64,000 nt of DNA from Candidatus Gastranaerophilales bacterium (GCA_944324315.1 CALUVW010000005.1:14927-78926), one strand, 5' to 3'; counted from the stretch's first letter, positions 1 through 9,033 are shown. The notes: generated by a model not told the origin, from the sequence alone. Program-made: numbers and translations.

Positions 1-57
1 AGAGGGTAGAATTTCTGCTTGACAGGTACGAAAGCTGGAAATTCGGGTGAGGATTAA

Positions 58-801
58 ATGGAAAATATTTTTTCGCGTAATGAACTTTTCTGGGGAGAAG
101 ATAATCAAAAACTTCTCTCTTTAAAGCATGTCGCGGTTTTTGGTTTAGGCGGTGTAGGCGGTTACTGTGCCGAATCTCTTGCAAGAGCAGGAGTTGGAGA
201 GTTAACGATTGTAGATTTTGATACTGTGTCGTCGACGAATATCAACAGACAGCTTGTTGCACTGCATTCTACTGTCGGACAATGCAAGACGCATCTTTTT
301 GAACAGAGGCTGAAAGACATTAATCCTGATATAAAATTGAATGTAATTGAAGATTTTTATACAGGAAATATTAATTTGTCTAATGTAGACTTTGTTGCGG
401 ATGCAATTGATACTATGCGCTCAAAAATTAAGCTTTTGCAAACAAGTGTACATAATAATATTCCTGTTATAAGTTCAATGGGAGCGGGAAACAGAATAGA
501 TCCGACTCAGCTTTATATTTCGGATATTTCACAAATTGAAAATAAAAACGCGCCTTTTGTATCTAACATAATTTATCAGCTAAAAAAGCTCGGAATTGAA
601 AATGGGATTACGGTTGTTGCAAGCAGGGAAAAACCGTTTGTTAAAGAAAAGATATCATCGACCGAAAAAATTATGACAACATCAGGGGAAAACATTGAAT
701 TTACAAAGATTACTCCGTCATCAACCCCGTTTGTAGCTAGTTGTGCCGGAATATTTATGGCATCATATATTACACAAAGTTTTTTAAAGGAGTATAAATA
801 A
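58..801 (+). CDS. tcdA: ThiF/MoeB-family E1-like enzyme, most like tRNA threonylcarbamoyladenosine dehydratase TcdA/CsdL
   Basis: 247-aa ORF. It has the GLGGVGG dinucleotide-binding loop followed by TIVDFD...STNINRQ, typical of TcdA-type ThiF proteins. Confidence 0.7.
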   Translation: MENIFSRNELFWGEDNQKLLSLKHVAVFGLGGVGGYCAESLARAGVGELTIVDFDTVSSTNINRQLVALHSTVGQCKTHLFEQRLKDINPDIKLNVIEDFYTGNINLSNVDFVADAIDTMRSKIKLLQTSVHNNIPVISSMGAGNRIDPTQLYISDISQIENKNAPFVSNIIYQLKKLGIENGITVVASREKPFVKEKISSTEKIMTTSGENIEFTKITPSSTPFVASCAGIFMASYITQSFLKEYK

Positions 802-1502
802 TGAATATACTTGTTACAGGTACTTCAAAAGGAATAGGGTATGCGATAGCTCAAGAACTTCAGAGTATTGGTGAAGTTTTTGTTACTGGGCGTAATGAGC
901 AGGCACTTGCTGCATGTAATGTCAAAGGTTTTTGTGTTTGTGATTTGTCAAAGGATATAAATGATCTTGCAAAATTTATCGAAGATAAAAATATAGATGT
1001 GCTGGTTAACAATGCAGGCGAATATATTTATGCAGGACTGGAAACTATGAATATTGCTGATATTCAGAGGCTATATCAGACAAATTTGATAGCTCCTGCA
1101 TATTTGATATCTAAGACAATACCTCATATGAAAGGTCAAAGATGGGGTAGAATTATAAATATAGGCTCAATTTCAGGAGTTATGGGCGAAGCTTATGCAA
1201 GTATTTATTCATCGTCAAAATCTGGATTGCTAGGATTAACGAAAGCTCTCGCATTAGAGCTTGCAGAATATGATATAACAGTTAATACAATAAATCCCGG
1301 TTGGGTTGAAACGGAACTTGGAATGAATTCTATTGAAGAGAGTGAGTTTTCAAAAGAGGAGATTATTGATACTATTCCTCAAAAACGTTTTGTAAAACCC
1401 GAAGAGATAGCAAAACTTTGCAAATACTTAATTTCGGAAGACGCAAAAGGAATAACTGGGCAGGCTATAAATATTTGTGCCGGTTTAAGTGTAGGGATAT
1501 AA
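801..1502 (+). CDS. Short-chain dehydrogenase/reductase (SDR) family oxidoreductase
   Basis: TGTSKGIG glycine-rich loop, NNAG motif and a YSSSK catalytic Tyr-x3-Lys. ATG overlaps the tcdA stop (TAATG). Confidence 0.8.
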   Translation: MNILVTGTSKGIGYAIAQELQSIGEVFVTGRNEQALAACNVKGFCVCDLSKDINDLAKFIEDKNIDVLVNNAGEYIYAGLETMNIADIQRLYQTNLIAPAYLISKTIPHMKGQRWGRIINIGSISGVMGEAYASIYSSSKSGLLGLTKALALELAEYDITVNTINPGWVETELGMNSIEESEFSKEEIIDTIPQKRFVKPEEIAKLCKYLISEDAKGITGQAINICAGLSVGI

Positions 1503-2128
1503 TGAATAAAGATTTGATGAATTATGTTGAAACCAGGATTATTCCTAAGTATATGGAGTTTGACAAGGGGCATAATATTGAACATGTCAGAACTGTTATT
1601 GAAGAGAGTTTGAAACTTGCACAAAATTGTGGCGCAAACCTTGAATATTCTTATGTGATAGCCGCATATCATGATTTAGGTTTGTGTGAAGGACGTGAAT
1701 TTCACCATGTTGTTTCAGGAAAAATCTTAGAGTCTGATAATCAATTAAAACAATGGTTTTCGGTAGATGAGATAAAATTAATGAAAGAGGCTGTTGAAGA
1801 TCACAGGGCATCTTCAAAAAATCCGCCGAGAACTGTTTACGGAAAAATTGTTGCAGAAGCTGACCGTGATATTGTACCTTTAAAAATTATAAAGCGAACT
1901 ATTCAATATTCCCTGAACAATACTCCATCTCCTGATAAGGAAACCCATTGGAAACATCTTGTTGATCACATGAAAGAAAAGTATGCCGATGGCGGATATA
2001 TGAAATTGTGGTTTGAAAATTCAAAAAATGCAGAAAATCTTAAAGAATTGCGGAAAATCATACAAAATCAAAAAGAACTGCGAAGAGTTTTTGACCAAAT
2101 ATATGTTGAAACCTTGAATAATCTGTAA
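1502..2128 (+). CDS. HD-domain metal-dependent phosphohydrolase
   Basis: The ORF-track entry 1418..2128 has an internal ATG at 1502 (MNKDLMNYVE) that abuts the SDR stop. It carries H...HD (AAYHDLG) and a downstream DH/D motif. Confidence 0.65.
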   Translation: MNKDLMNYVETRIIPKYMEFDKGHNIEHVRTVIEESLKLAQNCGANLEYSYVIAAYHDLGLCEGREFHHVVSGKILESDNQLKQWFSVDEIKLMKEAVEDHRASSKNPPRTVYGKIVAEADRDIVPLKIIKRTIQYSLNNTPSPDKETHWKHLVDHMKEKYADGGYMKLWFENSKNAENLKELRKIIQNQKELRRVFDQIYVETLNNL

Positions 2129-2142
2129 TAATGTTGTATAAT
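2114..2142 (+). promoter_or_regulatory. Sigma70-like promoter for pilin leader cassette copy 1 (TTGAAT-17-TATAAT)
   Basis: TTGAAT at 2114-2119, a 17-nt spacer and TATAAT at 2137-2142. Cassettes 2 and 3 have the same -35/-10 architecture. Confidence 0.45.
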
Positions 2143-2181
2143 TTATTATATATAATCAGAATAAAGAAAGGAGTTAGATTT

Positions 2182-2235
2182 ATGAAAAGATTATTAAGAA
2201 CTGTAAACCTCGGGGGGGGGGCGATTCAGAGCTAA
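2182..2235 (+). CDS. Upstream mini-ORF (MKRLLRTVNLGGGAIQS*) running through a G10 tract; leader cassette copy 1
   Basis: AAGGAG lies 8 nt upstream of the ATG. The C-terminus LGGGAIQS-stop is identical in copies 1-3, and tandem TAA TAA stops follow. Confidence 0.4.
   Translation: MKRLLRTVNLGGGAIQS
2212..2221 (+). repeat. G10 homopolymer inside the mini-ORF (copy 1)
   Basis: Counted directly: 10 consecutive G, flanked by CCTC and CGATTCAGAGCTAA. Confidence 0.9.
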
Positions 2236-2390
2236 TAAGAGGTCAGGAAGCCCGGAGGTCAAGAAGTCAAGCGATTAACGTCATCCTGAATTTATTTCAG
2301 GATCTAGTATTTAGATGCAAAGATGCTAAGAGGCATAGATGCAAAGTCTGTAACGTAAACACCTTCCTTCCCTTATTAGGGAAGGATAAG
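2236..2390 (+). promoter_or_regulatory. Conserved structured 5' leader of the pilin-like gene (copy 1)
   Basis: It contains AGGTCA(A/G)GAAG words, the hairpin GTCATCCTGAATTTATTTCAGGATCT (2280-2305) and the direct repeat TAGATGCAAAG at 2312-2322 and 2336-2346. An SD-sequestering hairpin CCTTCCC-TTATTA-GGGAAGG lies at 2366-2385. The leader is near-identical to 41713-41876 and largely to 28311-28420. Confidence 0.6.
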
Positions 2391-3158
2391 ATGATGGGTA
2401 GGAATCAATACCCACCCCTGCCCTCCCTAATCAGTGAGGGTGTTAAGCCCGTAGATACCTCGAATAACATTCGTCGAGCAGCTTTTACTCTGGCAGAAGT
2501 TCTCATCACCCTTGGAATAATTGGTGTTGTTGCCGCTATGACAATGCCTGTATTAATTCAAAAACACAAAAATCAGGTGACTGAAGCACGTTTAAAAAAG
2601 TTTTATTCTGTTATTAATCAGGCAATAATAATGTCAGAAGCTGTAAATGGAGAAAGAATTTATTGGGCTGATTTTTATACTGGTAAAGTTGTAAATGCCA
2701 GCACTGTAGAAAGTTGGTTTAATATATATCTTAAACCTTATATGAATATTGTAAAAACAGATAAAAACACTGTTGGTGGCGGTACTGCAGGAAATGTTTT
2801 TTCTGTTTACTTTCCAGATGGCAGTATTTTAAGACAATCCTATGGAAATGGTTATGCTGATTGGGTATTTTATCCGGATGGTGAAAAATGTGCAGAAAGA
2901 TATGGTGGAGCAGGAGGTTCAGGAATTTGCAGATTTCTTTTTTACTATAATCCTTCAGAAGAAAATAGTAAAGGTTTTGAACCATATAAATGGCTTTGGG
3001 ACGGTGACCCGGATAAATTAAAAAAAGCTTGTTATGACAATGTTTCAATTGCCAGCGGTGTAGCTCCAGGTGCTTATTGTACAGCATGGATTCAATACAA
3101 TGGTTGGAAAATCCCTAAGGACTATAAACCTCATAGTTCAAATAAGAAAAAAAGCTAA
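2391..3158 (+). CDS. Prepilin-type N-terminal cleavage/methylation domain protein (type IV pilin / pseudopilin-like) with a 36-aa leader
   Basis: The class-III signal RRAA|FTLAEVLITLGIIGVVAAMTMP has Glu at +5. The long leader is MMGRNQYPPLPSLISEGVKPVDTSNNIRRAA. Confidence 0.8.
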   Translation: MMGRNQYPPLPSLISEGVKPVDTSNNIRRAAFTLAEVLITLGIIGVVAAMTMPVLIQKHKNQVTEARLKKFYSVINQAIIMSEAVNGERIYWADFYTGKVVNASTVESWFNIYLKPYMNIVKTDKNTVGGGTAGNVFSVYFPDGSILRQSYGNGYADWVFYPDGEKCAERYGGAGGSGICRFLFYYNPSEENSKGFEPYKWLWDGDPDKLKKACYDNVSIASGVAPGAYCTAWIQYNGWKIPKDYKPHSSNKKKS

Positions 3159-3165
3159 TTAAATA

Positions 3166-4152
3166 TTATAATAAAATCTGTTTGACAATTTCTTCCGCTG
3201 AAATTTTTAAACAATCCAAATTATCACAGGTTGTATGACGATGTTCCCATAAACATGGTTTTATGGGGCATTTGTCGTTTGCTTTTATCGGAATAACTTT
3301 TTCTGATTGTGGGATTAATTTTTTATCATCGGTCGGCCCGAAAATTACATAGGTTTTTGTTCCCATAGCAACTGCAACATGTAAAGGTGCTGAATCCGAG
3401 CAGATAAATTTTTCTGCTTTTCCGATAAGTACAGCCAAATCTTTCAGACTTTTTGTTTTGCCGTAACAATTAGTGAAGAGTGAAGAGTGAAGAGTGATGC
3501 GAGAAAGAATTGTTTCTATTACTTCCTTGTCATCTGGCCCTCCGGCTAAGATAACGTGCTTTCCTTTTTCTATAAGTAAATCAACAGTCTGAGCCCATAC
3601 ATCTGCCGTAATTGTTTTTACCATCCCTTTTTGGACGCTCATTTTGCTGACGCCAGGGTGAATTAAAACAGAATTTGGAATTTTTTCCTGAGGTTCAACA
3701 TTTATTTCCGGCAGGTATGTTTTATGGTTTGTAACCGGTGTTACAAGATCATGATACATCGCGCAGGCATATTGATTTTTATTTAAAGGAACTGATTTTG
3801 TAAGCAAAATCCGGCTCAATTTACCTGTATCATAGCCGTATCTCTTTTTTATTCCTGTTAGTGTCAAAAGGATACTGATAAATTTGTTTCCTCCTGACGA
3901 AAAAACCATATCAAAATGCCCTTTGCGTGCGAGATACACAAGTTTCATAAGCTCTGCGTATTTATTTTTTCCCTTGACGTCAATAAGAAATAAATCGTCT
4001 ATAATATCAGTTAAATCTTTTACACTTTTGCTTCTGGGTTCCAGAGCAAGAGTAATTTTAGACTCGGGAAATTCTTTTTTTAAAGATATAAGCGCGGGCA
4101 GAAAAAATATTTCATCTCCTATTCCGCCGAAATTTATTGCCAGAATATTCAT
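3166..4152 (-). CDS. Glycosyltransferase family 9 (LPS heptosyltransferase-like)
   Basis: 328 aa. The N-terminal ILAINFGGIGDEIFFLPAL and C-terminal FICSDSAPLHVAVAMG motifs are typical of RfaF/WaaC-type GT9 enzymes. Confidence 0.75.
   Translation of the reverse strand: MNILAINFGGIGDEIFFLPALISLKKEFPESKITLALEPRSKSVKDLTDIIDDLFLIDVKGKNKYAELMKLVYLARKGHFDMVFSSGGNKFISILLTLTGIKKRYGYDTGKLSRILLTKSVPLNKNQYACAMYHDLVTPVTNHKTYLPEINVEPQEKIPNSVLIHPGVSKMSVQKGMVKTITADVWAQTVDLLIEKGKHVILAGGPDDKEVIETILSRITLHSSLFTNCYGKTKSLKDLAVLIGKAEKFICSDSAPLHVAVAMGTKTYVIFGPTDDKKLIPQSEKVIPIKANDKCPIKPCLWEHRHTTCDNLDCLKISAEEIVKQILL
3473..3497. repeat. Heptanucleotide tandem repeat (GTGAAGA x about 3.6) inside the GT9 coding sequence
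   Basis: Read directly: GTGAAGAGTGAAGAGTGAAGAGTGA. The unit length is not a multiple of 3. Confidence 0.85.
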
Positions 4153-4229
4153 AAATCAATTATATAACAAAAAAACTTTTGGTTATTCTGGAAGTTATAT
4201 TACAAGTTTACACTAATAAACGGAAAAAT

Positions 4230-4256
4230 GTCATGCTGAACTCGTTTCAGCATCTC
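4230..4256 (+). repeat. Dispersed hairpin repeat copy (GTCATGCTGAACTCGTTTCAGCATCTC)
   Basis: Matches the consensus GTCATNCYGAAY-NNR-TTTCRGNATCTC seen at 7 sites in the window. Confidence 0.7.
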
Positions 4257-4384
4257 ACAGCAGTTAGACCCTGCCCGTATTGGGACATTTTGCACGAAAT
4301 CATAGATTTCGGCAAAAGCAGTCAAACAAGTTCATGGTGACATTTTAGATGTTGTTTAATGTAAATTGCGATATAAATTCCCTT

Positions 4385-4405
4385 ATTCTGAACTTGTTTC
4401 AGAAT
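4385..4405 (+). repeat. Dispersed hairpin repeat copy, core only (ATTCTGAACTTGTTTCAGAAT)
   Basis: Same hairpin core with a T-A closing pair, located just upstream of comM/yifB. Confidence 0.6.
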
Positions 4406-4428
4406 TTGTTTTATATTAATATTAATTT

Positions 4429-5961
4429 ATGGTAAACAAAGTTACAACTGCGACAGTAATAGGTCTTAATGCATATAAAGTTTCTGTGGAAACAGATGTT
4501 TTGAACGGGCTTCCGGGATTTGCTATTGTTGGTTTGCCTGATACGGCGATAAATGAGGCGCGCGACAGAGTCCGTTCGGCTATAAAAAATTCTGGTTTTA
4601 CGTTTCCTGCCAAAAAGGTTGTAATAAATCTTGCGCCTGCGGATTTGAAAAAAGAGGGTTCAATTTTTGATTTACCAATAGCTGTCGGGCTTCTGGTTGA
4701 AGAAGGCGTTTTGGAAGAAGATAAAATAAAAGATTACGCTTTTATCGGTGAACTTTCGCTAGATGGTTCTCTTCGGGGAGTTACAGGCATGCTGCCTTTA
4801 ATTCTCGGGTTAAAGGCAGAAGGGATTAAAAATATTTTTGTACCACAAATAAATGCAGTTGAAGCTGCACTTGCAGGTGAAGTTAATATTTTAGGCGCAA
4901 ATTGCCTTTCAGATGTTGTAAATCATTTTGCAGATGTTCAAATAAAACCTACAGTTATTGATATAAATAAATATTTAACCGATAGCGCAAAGCAAGAGTA
5001 TTTGTATGATTTTAAAGATGTGAAAGGACAGCAAAAAGCTAAACGGGCACTTGAAATTGCTGCAGCAGGCGGACATAATATTTTGATGATAGGCACTCCA
5101 GGATCAGGAAAAACGCTTATGGCAAAATGTTTTGCATCAATTTTACCGCCGCTGGAACTGTCTGAGGCTCTTGAACTTACAAAAATATATAGTATCTGCG
5201 GACTTTTATCCACAAACGAACCGTTGATGACAAAACGTCCTTTCAGAGCTGTTCATCATACAGCCTCTGCAAATGGTATTATTGGCGGTGGTTCAAATCC
5301 TAAACCGGGTGAAATTACTCTTGCGCATAGAGGTGTTTTGTTTTTGGATGAAATGGTTGAATTTCCGCGAAATGTTCTGGAGGTTTTGCGACAGCCTTTA
5401 GAGGATGGTGAAATTGTTATTGCCCGTGCTAAACATTCTATTAAATATCCTGCACAATTTATGCTTCTCGGAGCAATGAATCCCTGTCCCTGCGGATATC
5501 TTGGCGACAGAGAAAAACAATGTACATGTTCCGAATTTCAAATAAGCAGATATCAATCACGTTTGTCAGGACCTTTGCTAGATAGAATTGATTTACAGGT
5601 TGAAGTTCCAAGATTAACAGCAAATGAACTTTTAAATACTCAGCCGTCGAATGAATCTTCAGCAGATATTAGAAAACGTGTTATAAAAGCCCGAAAAATT
5701 CAGGCGGAACGTTATAAAAATGACGGTATTTTAACAAATTCCGAACTTACTTCAAAACTCATAAAAAAATATTGCATAATTGATAAACAAAGCGCTGATT
5801 TATTAAAAACAGCTTCTGTGAAATATCAGCTATCAGGACGAAGATATGACAGAGTTTTGAAACTTGCAAGAACTATTGCAGATTTGGAAGGCTCTGAAGA
5901 TATTAAGCAAAGTCATCTTATGCAGGCTCTTCAATATAGAATGTCTAACCCGTCAGGTTAA
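4429..5961 (+). CDS. comM: YifB/ComM-family Mg-chelatase-like AAA+ ATPase
   Basis: 510 aa. It has an N-terminal Lon-protease-like domain, Walker A GTPGSGKT, an LFLDE Walker B and a C-terminal Mg-chelatase subunit ChlI-like region. Confidence 0.85.
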   Translation: MVNKVTTATVIGLNAYKVSVETDVLNGLPGFAIVGLPDTAINEARDRVRSAIKNSGFTFPAKKVVINLAPADLKKEGSIFDLPIAVGLLVEEGVLEEDKIKDYAFIGELSLDGSLRGVTGMLPLILGLKAEGIKNIFVPQINAVEAALAGEVNILGANCLSDVVNHFADVQIKPTVIDINKYLTDSAKQEYLYDFKDVKGQQKAKRALEIAAAGGHNILMIGTPGSGKTLMAKCFASILPPLELSEALELTKIYSICGLLSTNEPLMTKRPFRAVHHTASANGIIGGGSNPKPGEITLAHRGVLFLDEMVEFPRNVLEVLRQPLEDGEIVIARAKHSIKYPAQFMLLGAMNPCPCGYLGDREKQCTCSEFQISRYQSRLSGPLLDRIDLQVEVPRLTANELLNTQPSNESSADIRKRVIKARKIQAERYKNDGILTNSELTSKLIKKYCIIDKQSADLLKTASVKYQLSGRRYDRVLKLARTIADLEGSEDIKQSHLMQALQYRMSNPSG

Positions 5962-6475
5962 AAAATCCTGCAACCAGACCAACCAGAGCAGAAACCCCGA
6001 GATAGAACAGCGGATCGCGTTTTTCTGTAAGACTTGCGACAAATAAACCCGCTAAAAGAATCATGCCGCAAATATTGATATTATTTATAAACATATCAAC
6101 CCCAACCGCAGCCAAAAGTCCGCAACCTGTAGGTTTAAGCATATATATAACTGATCTTACGTATTTGTTATGTTTAAACTGTTCAAGTAATTTTGAAATT
6201 ATTATAATGAGTATTAATGATGGTAAAATAACAGATGCTGTTGCAATAAAAGATCCAAGAATCCCTGCAGTTTTAAAACCCGCAAATGTCGCAACATTAA
6301 CTCCGACAGGACCGGGTGTAACAGATGATATTGCAATCATATCCGAAAGTTCTTTTGTTGTATACCATTTTTGAACATCTGCTATGTGGTATAAAAACGG
6401 AAGTGTTGCATACCCGCCGCCGAATGAAAACAAACCTATATGGAAAAATTCTAAAAATAATTTTAAGTATATCAT
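5945..6475 (-). CDS. Chromate transporter (CHR) family protein, half-size
   Basis: FSFGGGYATLPFL motif and a multi-TM profile. It is translationally coupled to the upstream half-size paralogue. Confidence 0.75.
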   Translation of the reverse strand: MIYLKLFLEFFHIGLFSFGGGYATLPFLYHIADVQKWYTTKELSDMIAISSVTPGPVGVNVATFAGFKTAGILGSFIATASVILPSLILIIIISKLLEQFKHNKYVRSVIYMLKPTGCGLLAAVGVDMFINNINICGMILLAGLFVASLTEKRDPLFYLGVSALVGLVAGFFNLTG

Positions 6476-7032
6476 TCTTCTTTATCTCCATACTCGATTT
6501 TTTTCTGGTATTGCAGCCAAATTCCTATAAATATAGATAGTATAATAAGTGCAGCAGGTGGTGCTTTAAAGCATGCCGAGAGAGTAAATGTTATAAAAAA
6601 TATCCAACAGGTAAATTTATCTACAACACTTTTTTTCCACATTTCTTTTACGGCAAGATATATTAAAACAACAACCCCGATACCTACACCCCAGAATATA
6701 CTTTGAACAAACTTCATTTTTACAACTTCTTCAAGGATTTTTGCAACGAGTATTATTGATATAAAAGCAGGCATCACAATACCAAGAGTTGCAACAATTG
6801 CCCCGGGTGTTTTTTTTAATTTATATCCTACAAATATTGCGGTATTTGCGGCAATAATTCCGGGGACACTCTGTCCGAGTGCGTAATATTCGCATAATTC
6901 GTCATCGTCAATCCATTTTTTCTTATCAACAAGTTCAGACTGCAAAAGCGGTAATATAACATATCCTCCGCCCAACAGTAAAGTTCCCACTTTAAAAAAA
7001 GTTATAAAAATCTGGTATAATGTCTTTTTCAT
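6472..7032 (-). CDS. Chromate transporter (CHR) family protein, half-size
   Basis: LLLGGGYVILPLL motif and a multi-TM profile. It overlaps the next CHR gene by 4 nt. Confidence 0.75.
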   Translation of the reverse strand: MKKTLYQIFITFFKVGTLLLGGGYVILPLLQSELVDKKKWIDDDELCEYYALGQSVPGIIAANTAIFVGYKLKKTPGAIVATLGIVMPAFISIILVAKILEEVVKMKFVQSIFWGVGIGVVVLIYLAVKEMWKKSVVDKFTCWIFFITFTLSACFKAPPAALIILSIFIGIWLQYQKKIEYGDKEE

Positions 7033-7067
7033 ATCTTAATTATAATGCAATTCTGACTAAAATTATT

Positions 7068-7463
7068 TTAATTATTCAGAGTTGCCTTTAATCTGGCCAT
7101 TGCTCTTGCAATAGCTGCTTCTGCTCTTTTGGCATCTACTTCTGCATCTTTATCTGCCAACCTTGCCTGCGCACGTTTTAGCGCTTCTTTAGCACGTGTA
7201 ACATCTATTTCATCTCCGCATTCTGCGGTTGTTGTAAGAATTAATGCCTCATCATTTTTAAATTGCAGAATACCGCCCATTGTTGTAAAAAGTTTTATTT
7301 CATTATTATTTTTTACGGTTTTAGTTACACCGATATCTAATGCTGCCATTATCGGAACGTGATTTTTTAAAATACCGATTTCGCCATCGGTTGTTTTTGT
7401 ATAGATTTCATCTACATCTTCGTCAAATACAATTCTTTCCTGTGTAATTATTTTTAAATGCAT
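7068..7463 (-). CDS. atpC: F0F1 ATP synthase subunit epsilon
   Basis: The sequence MHLKIITQERIVFDEDVDEIY...GGILQ...AEAAIARAMARL is typical of epsilon. I place the start at the internal ATG 7463, because the 5' extension of the track ORF (to 7508) runs through a repeat-rich spacer. Confidence 0.8.
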   Translation of the reverse strand: MHLKIITQERIVFDEDVDEIYTKTTDGEIGILKNHVPIMAALDIGVTKTVKNNNEIKLFTTMGGILQFKNDEALILTTTAECGDEIDVTRAKEALKRAQARLADKDAEVDAKRAEAAIARAMARLKATLNN

Positions 7464-7550
7464 AAATACCCTTTCGAAGGGCAGGATGTCAGGAGGGCAA
7501 GATGTCAAGCTTTTTATCTTTTATACCAGCCTTCCTGTCTTTCTTGCCTT

Positions 7551-9014
<1,464 letters not shown>

Positions 9015-9033
9015 TTAATATTTTATTATTTGG

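Noticed and set aside
1379-1817. Minus-strand ORFs 1379..1672 and 1596..1817
   Set aside because: They lie entirely inside the well-supported SDR and HD-domain genes on the opposite strand. They have no SD and their composition is typical of shadow ORFs. The same reasoning applies to the many other 60-180-aa antisense ORFs in the track, for example 2731..3087, 13601..14310, 16640..17182, 47232..47762 and 26529..27023.
2212-2221. G10 tracts as pure sequencing or assembly artefacts
   Set aside because: This cannot be fully excluded without reads. However, four independent loci have exactly the same length and the same conserved flanks, including one in inverted orientation. A random homopolymer error does not explain that. 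It is kept as a caveat in the findings.
2236-2390. Known c-di-GMP (GEMM-I/II) or other named riboswitch in the pilin leader
   Set aside because: The idea is attractive because some pilin genes are riboswitch-controlled and the leader has GCAAAG words. However, I cannot match the conserved cores of known classes by eye. I left it as an unclassified structured leader pending cmscan.
7464-7508. N-terminal extensions of atpC (to 7508) and atpD (to 8993) given by the ORF track
   Set aside because: The extensions add non-conserved residues ([27 protein letters not shown]). Internal ATGs with proper SDs give canonical N-termini.
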